This document shows positions 1 through 8,078 of a stretch of DNA of 33,244 nucleotides, piece by piece. Under the pieces are notes generated by a model. That model was given only the letters and a program-made list of their open reading frames with translations, was not told the DNA's origin and searched no databases. Each line of letters begins with the position of its first letter. Position 1 is the first letter of the stretch. A program made the translations under genes and the position numbers. The stretch lies in sequence record SRR22947725_8998, one strand, 5' to 3'.

Positions 1-3
1 ACA

Positions 4-657
4 GTGACAGCGAATCGGCTGGTGATGAGGTGTCGTTGTTATTTGTGCAGGATGCGGACATTTGACATTGACCCACCGAACGCGGACTTCACTTGCCAGG
101 CCGATGGGGACACTGTGAACGCTGTGGTCGAGTTGTTGTCGCCGGTTGCGAATGGTCCAACACTGAAATATGACGTCGTGCGTGTTGGTGACACACCGGA
201 CGGAGACTTTGACTGTGATCGCAACGTACACCTGTTTATTGACAGCGCCGAGGCGGGTCGACTTCGACCGATGCCGGGAGGCGGAGGCATCATCATCAAC
301 GGCGGAGGCGGAGGCGGAAGCTCGAAGGCCAATTGCGCTACGGCACAAGGCGGGTCGCTTGATTTGAACAACGCGTATCTAAAGGGATGTGACCTGAACG
401 GCATGATCCTGAACTTCGCAGCCCTCTATCACGCGTTCGCGCGCGACGCGAACCTCTCCAACGTAGAACTACAGGATGCGGACCTAGAGCGAGCGGATCT
501 GACCGACGCCGATCTTTCCGGCGCAATTCTGACCGGTGCGGACCTGACCGATGCCTACATGCCGGGCGCGAATTTGACCGGCGTGATCGGCTGGGACCAC
601 GTAAAAGGCAAAGACACAATCGGCGGCCTCGACACGGCAACCGGCGTACCGGACTAA
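4..657 (+). CDS. Pentapeptide repeat-containing protein; 5' part appears frameshifted or internally deleted and probably begins before the window
   Basis: C-terminal A(D/N)Lxx repeats (ANLSN, ADLER, ADLTD, ADLSG, AILTG, ADLTD, ANLTG) follow a Gly-rich linker. The first ~18 codons of this frame look non-protein-like, while frame +3 (3-62) reads SDSESAGDEVSLLFVQDADI. Confidence 0.75.
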   Translation: MTANRLVMRCRCYLCRMRTFDIDPPNADFTCQADGDTVNAVVELLSPVANGPTLKYDVVRVGDTPDGDFDCDRNVHLFIDSAEAGRLRPMPGGGGIIINGGGGGGSSKANCATAQGGSLDLNNAYLKGCDLNGMILNFAALYHAFARDANLSNVELQDADLERADLTDADLSGAILTGADLTDAYMPGANLTGVIGWDHVKGKDTIGGLDTATGVPD

Positions 658-696
658 CGCCCGCGCTACATCGCGCGCCACGAAAGCTGCGGGCGT
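657..696. terminator. Possible hairpin between convergent genes
   Basis: Inverted repeat ACGCCCGC (657-664) / GCGGGCGT (689-696) right after the TAA, in the gap between convergent ORFs. No U-tract. Confidence 0.3.
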
Positions 697-714
697 GCAA
701 AGGCATGCTGTTGA

Positions 715-2436
715 TTAGTTAGTGAGACGGCTGTCGAGCGCACGACTTGGGAGCGAGGCGTTGTAACCGGCTCCGAATCCGGCGAGCACGTCGATCGCCA
801 GGTCAGTACCCGTGGTGACGAACACGCACACGTCGCCGTCGTCGTCGAGTTGACCCACGACGAAGTTGGAGAGCACCTCGCCAGCCTCAAAGTTGATATT
901 TGAGGTGAGAGGTCGCGCATCGCCGCATGGCCACACCGTGGCGTAGCCGCCGCCATCAGGCTGAATGATGGCGAGGTTGAAAGCGACCGCCTCGACGTCG
1001 CTGGTTGTGGGGTCGGTTTGAAGGGCGATCAGGTCGGTGTCGTCGAGCGAGAACCTCACTACGCCGCCAGCGGGAACTCGGGCGCTGGGGTCGCGTGTGT
1101 CGACGATTCGGTGCGGTCGCCCTATCGACAACATCGGACTGCCGGACGGGGGAGCAAACGTGGCGGTTCGATCGATGACGACGTGCATGGCAACGGCGAC
1201 GGTTACGCAGACTTGAGCTAGCGCGCCAGGATCCACGATCGCCGTGTTCGAAAGATTGCGGCCGGGTGTGGTCACGTTGACCGTTGCCGTCTCGTGCTCC
1301 TGGTCGCAGGGGTGAATGCTCACGTACCCGGGACCATCGGGTTCGACCGCCGTGACGGCCACTGCGATCGGATCCGTGATCGATGACCGGCCGTCGGTCG
1401 CGTCGACGACATAAGTGCCCGGGCGTAGCTTCGAGCCGGTGCTGATTTCGCGTGAGTCGTAGAGCCGATTCGGTACATCGCCCGTCACGCCCGAGCCGGT
1501 GGAAAACGTGCCCGACACGTCGACGACGACGTTGGTGCCAGCGTGTTGGTACACGCAAATCTGGCCGCTGAGGTCGACCGGGATGACTGCGCCAGCGCCG
1601 ACTGTGTCGTCACGGCGGTACACCACCTGAGCAGCCAAGGGCCGGGGAACGTTGCACGGGTACGCCGTGAGGAACCCGTTGTTCCTCGGGAACACGGCGG
1701 TTATGTTAACGACGGCGGCGGTGGCGTCAGGGTCGTTGGTGACGTCGATCGCCACGACCTCCCGATCGTCGTAGCGGGTACTCGTCCGGTCGACCGTCTG
1801 TGCGATCAGACTCGAGTACAGTTCGCTGCCGGTCTGGTTCAGATGGATTGCGTCGTAGGTGAGGCCGGTGCGGTCGGCGTTGGCTGCCCAGTCGATCAGG
1901 GTGAGATTGGAGTGGCGATCCAGCGCCCTGCGGAAGTGCGCGTTGACCGTCGGGAAGTACCAGTAGTACGGCTGCACCCGCCGCCAGGCGGACGAGCTGA
2001 TGAACTGAGGTTTCACCTCACGCAGGGTCACCCAGTAGACGTGCTCGACGCCGGCAGCGGTGAGGGAGTCGATCATCGCGTCGATCGAACGATCGAACCG
2101 ATCAGGGTCCCAGTACGGGTAGTTGTATCCGCCGGCTACCACGACGTGGTCGCCGATCATCCACGGTGTGAACGCCTGGGCCTGCCGAAAGTGGACATCG
2201 AGCAGCGACTCGACAAAGGCAGCAGGCTTACCAATGATGTTGACGTTCCACGAGGCTGGAAAGAAGTCGTCAAGCACGCCCCGAGTTCCAAGCCCGACCG
2301 AATCGCTGATCAGTAAGACGCGCTCACCCCCGGGGGCGGCCTCGGCCACCGACCCGTCATCGGTCGGCCCAGCCACGGTGGCGGTCAGTGCCGCAGCACC
2401 CAACACGACGATGCCAAGTAGACGTCGCCAGGTCAC
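715..2436 (-). CDS. Secreted SGNH/GDSL-like esterase or acyltransferase domain plus three cell-surface repeats
   Basis: Start re-called to GTG 2436 (GTGA overlap with the upstream stop). Signal peptide MTWRRLLGIVVLGAAALTA, LLISDSV (block I Ser), YDAIHL (DxxH), then three ~110-aa repeats with RxxD(S/T)R...G(F/Y)..(Y/H/W)PC...G..CV...D..G.F. Confidence 0.8.
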   Translation of the reverse strand: MTWRRLLGIVVLGAAALTATVAGPTDDGSVAEAAPGGERVLLISDSVGLGTRGVLDDFFPASWNVNIIGKPAAFVESLLDVHFRQAQAFTPWMIGDHVVVAGGYNYPYWDPDRFDRSIDAMIDSLTAAGVEHVYWVTLREVKPQFISSSAWRRVQPYYWYFPTVNAHFRRALDRHSNLTLIDWAANADRTGLTYDAIHLNQTGSELYSSLIAQTVDRTSTRYDDREVVAIDVTNDPDATAAVVNITAVFPRNNGFLTAYPCNVPRPLAAQVVYRRDDTVGAGAVIPVDLSGQICVYQHAGTNVVVDVSGTFSTGSGVTGDVPNRLYDSREISTGSKLRPGTYVVDATDGRSSITDPIAVAVTAVEPDGPGYVSIHPCDQEHETATVNVTTPGRNLSNTAIVDPGALAQVCVTVAVAMHVVIDRTATFAPPSGSPMLSIGRPHRIVDTRDPSARVPAGGVVRFSLDDTDLIALQTDPTTSDVEAVAFNLAIIQPDGGGYATVWPCGDARPLTSNINFEAGEVLSNFVVGQLDDDGDVCVFVTTGTDLAIDVLAGFGAGYNASLPSRALDSRLTN

Positions 2437-4196
2437 TCGACCCACCACCCAGTGGTATCGAACACGGTATGCGCTCCGGCCAACGCGAAAATGCACAGCT
2501 TCCCGTCGGTGATTCCGCCAGTGAACGAGTTCGCAACTATGGCGCCCTCCGCTGCGTTGACCGACGCCGTGGGTGGCGCCGTTCCGCACGGCGCGCCGGT
2601 GAGGAAAGTCTCTGCCAACGGTTGAACCGCGACGATGGTGCCAGTGACCGCTCTTGCGTTAACCGGCGCCACTGGCACGTCGATGGTCTGGCGAGCGCCG
2701 TGGATGATCGTCCATCCGCCGGTGCCGAAGCGAGTATCAAGCGTTCGAGTAGGGACGACAGGCACGAACTCCAGGCCACCCGTCGGGGAAAAGGACCCGG
2801 TCAGGTCAACCACGACATCGACCGATGAGGACGCGGTCACGCAGAACGTGCCGTCGTCGCCCACCTCAACGATGCCGGACGCCGCTATCACAACGCCCGG
2901 GCGATAGTTCAGCGATGCGACAAACGGAACCTCGTCGCACGGTGCAGCGACGAGGTAGCCGGATGTCGAGGCGTTGACCGTTGCGAGGTTGATGGCCACG
3001 GCGTCGGCGCCCGCGGGCGCAGAGAGCTGGAGCGTGGTCGACCGACCCGTCTCCCTGGTGTCGCGCAGTCGCTGCGGCTCGGCAAGGGGATCGAACCTGA
3101 GTCCGTCGGTGTGGCTCGAGTGGAACGCCCCCTGCAGGTCAACGACAATGTCGGCGTCGCCATGCACCGTGATGCAGACGTCACCGTCGGGCCCCAGCTG
3201 ACTGACCGTAGGTCCACCGCGGATCTCGCCAGCGGCGAAGTTGAGGCTCGAGGTACCGGTCTCTTCCCCACAGGGCGCAGCCGCAAGCCATCCGGATGCT
3301 CGAGTGTCGACCGCTGCGAGGTAGAGCACAACCGCAGCGGTCCCCTCAGGGACGATGTCTCCGAGTTCGACGCGCAACACGTCGCCGGTGCGGCGGCGGC
3401 CCGTTGGAGCCGGCTCGACGCGGGTATCGACGAGACGCTGCTGGGTGACGGCGACGAACTCGCTCGGTGCTAACGTCGGTATCGGTAATGTTGCCGCAAC
3501 GCCGCCGCGCCGACCCTCGGCCAAGCGAGCGGTGATAATGTGCGCCATTCGATCGGAACGCTGGCGGTAGCCGCTGCCAGTCAAGTGGATGTTGTCGCTC
3601 GACCGATATCCCCCAGCGGACATCTCGTCCGGCCAGTTCCAGGTTTCGAAGTCGTCACGCTCCGCCGCAATCTGGGCGAGCGCCGTGTTCCACATGTCTT
3701 GCTCGGACCGCCGGAACGTCTCCAGGGTGATCTGAGGCCACCAAATGTGGTGTCCCGGTCCGATCCGGTCGACCAGCGTAAGGATCTGGCCACGCATACA
3801 CTCCATGCTGCTGCAGAACGCCGAGTCGTTAGCGCCCAGGTTGATGACGACGTTCTCGGCCCGCCAGCCTTGGTTCGTCCAGCTGTCGAACCAGAATGTC
3901 GCCTTCGCCATTTCGGCACCGCGGCTCGGTTTACCGGTGTTGAAGCCGACCCCGGTTCGGAACTTGATCGGCCCCCAACCACGGACAGCTAGTTGGTCGG
4001 GCAGGGTGGGGCTGGTCAGGCCGCTGCCTAGGAGCACCGAGTCGCCGAAGATCGTGATCGGCCCGAGTGGCCCAGGCGTCGAGATGTCGATCGAACTGAA
4101 GAACTGCGCGTCGGCCGTCGGGGCATCCGAGACTGACACTACGACCGCCCCAACCAACGCGCTCACGGCGACGAGGACAATTCTGACGAAACGCAC
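2433..4196 (-). CDS. Secreted SGNH/GDSL-like domain plus three cell-surface repeats (same architecture as its neighbour)
   Basis: Start re-called to GTG 4196 (signal peptide VRFVRIVLVAVSALVGAVVVSVSDAPTADA). Motifs IFGDSV, NLGAND, SDNIHL. Repeats RLVDTR, RLRDTR, RTLDTR, each with APC...C. Confidence 0.8.
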   Translation of the reverse strand: MRFVRIVLVAVSALVGAVVVSVSDAPTADAQFFSSIDISTPGPLGPITIFGDSVLLGSGLTSPTLPDQLAVRGWGPIKFRTGVGFNTGKPSRGAEMAKATFWFDSWTNQGWRAENVVINLGANDSAFCSSMECMRGQILTLVDRIGPGHHIWWPQITLETFRRSEQDMWNTALAQIAAERDDFETWNWPDEMSAGGYRSSDNIHLTGSGYRQRSDRMAHIITARLAEGRRGGVAATLPIPTLAPSEFVAVTQQRLVDTRVEPAPTGRRRTGDVLRVELGDIVPEGTAAVVLYLAAVDTRASGWLAAAPCGEETGTSSLNFAAGEIRGGPTVSQLGPDGDVCITVHGDADIVVDLQGAFHSSHTDGLRFDPLAEPQRLRDTRETGRSTTLQLSAPAGADAVAINLATVNASTSGYLVAAPCDEVPFVASLNYRPGVVIAASGIVEVGDDGTFCVTASSSVDVVVDLTGSFSPTGGLEFVPVVPTRTLDTRFGTGGWTIIHGARQTIDVPVAPVNARAVTGTIVAVQPLAETFLTGAPCGTAPPTASVNAAEGAIVANSFTGGITDGKLCIFALAGAHTVFDTTGWWVE

Positions 4197-4265
4197 CAGG
4201 AGAATGGTAGCGGTGGGTAGTTGGCTGGCGGTGACTGTTCCGATGCGTCCGCTACCTTGGCGACG
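4197..4265. promoter_or_regulatory. Divergent back-to-back leaderless promoters
   Basis: TACCAT on the minus strand (4204-4209) is 7 nt before GTG 4196. TACCTT on the plus strand (4253-4258) is 7 nt before GTG 4266. Both overlap an 8-bp inverted repeat GGTAGCGG (4206-4213) / CCGCTACC (4249-4256). Confidence 0.55.
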
Positions 4266-6437
4266 GTGAGGACCGGGCGCAGGGATGAAGGAGTCGTGAG
4301 TGAGGCCGACATCCGTAACCGCACCACCGATCAGGGTGCGGTTGCGTTCGACCCTGAGCAGCCGGCGCCAGTCGCGTCCGATGGCCGAACCATCGCCTAC
4401 CAACCAGCACTCGACGGTGTTCGCGCACTCGCCGTGATCGCCGTGCTGCTGTTCCACGCCGAGGTGCCCGGCTTCGGTGCTGGCTACCTGGGTGTGTCGG
4501 TGTTCTTCACGCTGTCGGGGTACCTGATCACGAGCTTGCTCGCCACCGAAATGGATCGCGACGGTAGCGTGTCGCTCACCGCCTTCTACGCCCGCAGAGC
4601 CCGGCGCCTTGTCCCGGCGAGTCTTCTCGTTGTGGTGTTGGTCATCGCCGCCCGATCGCTCACCGACTGGTTCGACGCAGTCGACTCACTGCGATCTCAA
4701 GCCATCGGCAGCCTGTTGCAGGTCGCCAACTGGGTGTTCCTCGCTGGTGGCGGTTCGTACCAGGAACTCCTTGAGCAAAGCGTCGGCACGGCGTCGCCGC
4801 TCGAGCACTATTGGTCGCTCGCGATCGAAGAACAGTTCTATTGGATCTGGCCAGTTGCGTTCGTCGGCCTCCGGCGTGTGGGCAAGACGCCACGCGGTCA
4901 CATCGTGGCCGTCGTTGCGGTCACTACAGCTGCCGCCGTCGCCGCACCCGTAATCGCTGCGGTTTGGGGTGCCGACGCCGCCTACTGGTCGACGCCAGCC
5001 CGTATTGCTGAGATCCTGCTCGGCGCCGTCGCTGCGCTCGTGCTGCGCCGTCACCCTGTCGGCCGGGGGTGGGCACTGCTTGCGCCGCTTGCGCTTGCGG
5101 CGCTCGCAACATGTATCGTCACATTTCCCACCGTTGGCGGCCCTGCGTACGTCGGAGCCCTGCCCGCCGTCGCAATCCTGAGCGTGGCGCTGATCGTCGG
5201 CCTCCAGGCGCCTTCACCGACCCGAAGTGGTGTGAGCGTCGCGCCTCTCGTGTGGATCGGCACGATCAGCTACGGCGTCTACCTGTTCCATTGGCCGATC
5301 TTCGTCGTGGTCGACGAGGACCGATTGGGCGTCGGTGGGCCTCTGCTCCTCATGGTTCGGCTCGGGCTGACGCTCGTGATTGCACAGGCCTCGTTTTCAC
5401 TGTTCGAGCGACCGATGCGCCACGGGCTCCGTATCACCCCGCGGACGTCGCTCATCGCTGCGGCTTTTGCGACCGGGGTCTGCGTGGTGATCGCCGCACT
5501 CGTCATACCCGGGCCGCGCGGGGCGTACTGGAAGGCCGACGCTGAAGATGTCGCCGCAGCGGCCATCGTCGTCGACGACGACCCGTTGGCGGTAGAGACT
5601 GTGGCTCCCAACGAGGAGCCGTCGTCGACTGAAGCGCCCACGTTGCGCCCCGTCATCTCCGACGGTCCGACCGAGGGCGTTGGCTCGTCGGCATCAATCG
5701 ACTCGGATCCCGGCACCACGACCGTGCCTCCGACCACGAGTGACCCGCCACTACCCAGTCCGTCACGCCCGATCCGCGTACTCGTTGTCGGCGACTCCGT
5801 CGCCGAGGCGGTGGGCGCAGGTGTAGTCGGATGGGCTGCCGAGAACCCGAGCCTCGCGCAGGCTGAGGTGATGGCAGCACCAGGTTGCGGCTTTGTGCGC
5901 GGCGGGGAGAACTTCCTCGGCGGCTCGTGGAACGTCTACGAGTCCGGGTGTGCCGAGTATTTCTTCGAGGCCGTGCCCGAGCGCGCAGCTGAGGTGTCGG
6001 CCGACGTCGTCGTGCTGCTCGGCTCAGGGTGGGACCTGCTTGACCACCGATGGGAGAACGGCGACCAGCTTGCTCCGGTCGACTTCACCGACAGGATCGA
6101 TGCCGACTACCGCTCGCTCACCGACACCCTGCTCGAAGTTGGAGTCGCCGAGGTCGTGTGGTTGGAGATGCCGGTGCCGAACGAGAACTGGGAAGCCAAC
6201 GACTTCGACGCCAATCGTAAGAGATTCGGGCTGCTTCGAGCGGCTATCGATCGCTTGGTGGAAACTGTGCCTGAGCGGGTGTCGGTGGTCGATCTTGAGT
6301 CGTGGCTGGCAGGGGAGGGGCTTGACACTGATCAAGCACTGCGGCCCGACGGGATCCACTTCACGCCTGAGGCGGCGATCGAGATCGTCGACACCTGGCT
6401 CGGCGAACAGATCCTGCGCGCAGCGTTACTGAACTGA
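4266..6437 (+). CDS. Acyltransferase family 3 (OafA/OatA/YrhL-like) membrane O-acyltransferase with C-terminal SGNH domain
   Basis: YQPALDGVRALAV, GYLGVSVFFTLSGYLIT, FYARRARRL, HYWSLAIEEQFY, ISYGVYLFHWP; many TM segments; Pro/Thr linker; VVGDSV...RPDGIHF. Start is GTG 4266 or 4296. Confidence 0.92.
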   Translation: MRTGRRDEGVVSEADIRNRTTDQGAVAFDPEQPAPVASDGRTIAYQPALDGVRALAVIAVLLFHAEVPGFGAGYLGVSVFFTLSGYLITSLLATEMDRDGSVSLTAFYARRARRLVPASLLVVVLVIAARSLTDWFDAVDSLRSQAIGSLLQVANWVFLAGGGSYQELLEQSVGTASPLEHYWSLAIEEQFYWIWPVAFVGLRRVGKTPRGHIVAVVAVTTAAAVAAPVIAAVWGADAAYWSTPARIAEILLGAVAALVLRRHPVGRGWALLAPLALAALATCIVTFPTVGGPAYVGALPAVAILSVALIVGLQAPSPTRSGVSVAPLVWIGTISYGVYLFHWPIFVVVDEDRLGVGGPLLLMVRLGLTLVIAQASFSLFERPMRHGLRITPRTSLIAAAFATGVCVVIAALVIPGPRGAYWKADAEDVAAAAIVVDDDPLAVETVAPNEEPSSTEAPTLRPVISDGPTEGVGSSASIDSDPGTTTVPPTTSDPPLPSPSRPIRVLVVGDSVAEAVGAGVVGWAAENPSLAQAEVMAAPGCGFVRGGENFLGGSWNVYESGCAEYFFEAVPERAAEVSADVVVLLGSGWDLLDHRWENGDQLAPVDFTDRIDADYRSLTDTLLEVGVAEVVWLEMPVPNENWEANDFDANRKRFGLLRAAIDRLVETVPERVSVVDLESWLAGEGLDTDQALRPDGIHFTPEAAIEIVDTWLGEQILRAALLN

Positions 6438-7052
6438 TCAATGCTGCCGATCGCCGTTGAAAGAGTGCAGCGGACGGTTCGATGGGGACAACTTCTCAGG
6501 ATGTTGAAATCCGTAATGGGCAATATGTTCGTCTGATTCATCCCAAGAAGTTGCGACAGCTACCGTCACTTGCGGAGGTCGGGGGCCTGCTCAGAAGAAG
6601 AAAATCGGCACTACAACCCAGGCATGCAAGAAGCTCGCAAGTCCTACAAGAGGCTTCTAAAGAGGCGGTCGGTGCGTTTTGCGCCAAATTGAAGACCCAA
6701 ACCCTAAGGAAGTTCCCCACAACTAGCCTCATTCCAGCCTGGTGACAATCCGGAGCACCATGCGGCCAACTATCCGGTGGCTAGCGGAGCATTCCATCTT
6801 ACTGACTTCCAGATCTCTTCGTGATCGTCGTTATGAAGATGATCAAAGAGGCATCGAACGGTTTCCACGGCGACAGCGACGGCGTTTTTCGATAACTGCT
6901 TCAACGGCTCAGCAACACGAGATTAAACCTGCCTCAACAAATAGAGCCGTCACGCTGAGTGGATGTGACGTCCATAGCACCCATGCAGGAGAACCGCAGA
7001 CACCGCCTGATCGTCGAATAGGCTCAATGGGACCTCCCGAAAGGAACACCCT

Positions 7053-8078
7053 ATGACCTCGAACTCTGTGCTGACCCACCGCAATGTCGGTGTGCTCTCG
7101 ATCCAATCCGTCGAAGCGCCCGAGATCGTCACGTCAGCGTGGATCGATGAGCAATTGGCCGTCACCTACGAGCGCACTGGCATGAAAGCCGGCACGCTGT
7201 CCGATCTGGCAGGAATCGAGTCGCGCCGCTGGTGGCCCGAAGACGTCACCTTCGACAAGGCGGCAGCGCTGGCCGGCCGCAAAGCCCTCGACGACTCGGG
7301 AATCGACCCGAGCAGGGTCGGCATGCTGATTTCGACGTCGGTGTGCAAACACCACCTTGAGCCGTCGATCGCGTGTGCCGTTCACCACCAACTTGGACTC
7401 GCGCCGAGCTGTCTCAATTTCGATGTCGGGAACGCCTGCCTGGCTTTCGTCAACGGCATGCAGATCGCAGCTGCTGCCATCGACTCCGGAGCCATCGACT
7501 ACGCACTCGTGGTTGACGGCGAGGGCAGCCGCTTTACACAGGAACAGACGATCAAGCGCCTGCAGCAGCCCACTACTGAGGCATCGGACATCTTTGCCGA
7601 GTTTGCGTCGCTCACGCTCGGCTCCGGCTCGGCAGCAGCACTGCTGTGCCGGATGGACCAGCACCCGGATGCCCACCGCCTCGTTGGCGGAGTCGCCCGC
7701 GCTGGGACCGAGCACCACACCTTGTGCATTGGCGACCTCGAAGCGATGTACACCGATACACATGCGCTGCTGATCGCCGGGCTGGACCTGGCCGAAGCCG
7801 CCTGGAAGAACGCTGGCGGCGACTTCGACTGGGAGGCGGGCATGGACTGGTACATCGTCCACCAGGTCAGCTCGGTGCACACACGTCTGCTGTGCGAACG
7901 CCTGGGCATCGACCACAACCGCGCGCCGCAGACCTTCCCGACGAACGGCAACGTCGGTCCTGCTGCAATCCCGATGACGCTGGCCAAGGTGTCCGACAAG
8001 ATCGCGCCCGGCGACCGCGTCTTGTTGATGGGCATCGGCTCAGGCCTGAACACCAGCTACACCGAAATCGTCTGGTGA
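7053..8078 (+). CDS. oleA: OleA, thiolase/FabH-fold acyl-CoA condensing enzyme
   Basis: LEPS (Glu), FDVGNACLAF (catalytic Cys), FASLTLGSG, HQVS, GNVGPA, GIGSGLN. RBS-like AAAGGA upstream. Coupled to oleBC and oleD. Confidence 0.9.
   Translation: MTSNSVLTHRNVGVLSIQSVEAPEIVTSAWIDEQLAVTYERTGMKAGTLSDLAGIESRRWWPEDVTFDKAAALAGRKALDDSGIDPSRVGMLISTSVCKHHLEPSIACAVHHQLGLAPSCLNFDVGNACLAFVNGMQIAAAAIDSGAIDYALVVDGEGSRFTQEQTIKRLQQPTTEASDIFAEFASLTLGSGSAAALLCRMDQHPDAHRLVGGVARAGTEHHTLCIGDLEAMYTDTHALLIAGLDLAEAAWKNAGGDFDWEAGMDWYIVHQVSSVHTRLLCERLGIDHNRAPQTFPTNGNVGPAAIPMTLAKVSDKIAPGDRVLLMGIGSGLNTSYTEIVW

Noticed and set aside
6840..6940. SAM-I-like riboswitch (ATCAAAGAG...CAGCAAC)
   Set aside because: The other conserved elements and pairings are missing, and the downstream gene is not sulfur or methionine related.
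7646..8074. N-terminal extension of the 1007-aa ORF (and similar extensions at 2437-2589, 4197-4457, 13454-13597)
   Set aside because: They overlap neighbouring genes in another frame. GTGA/ATGA coupling or signal peptides give better starts.
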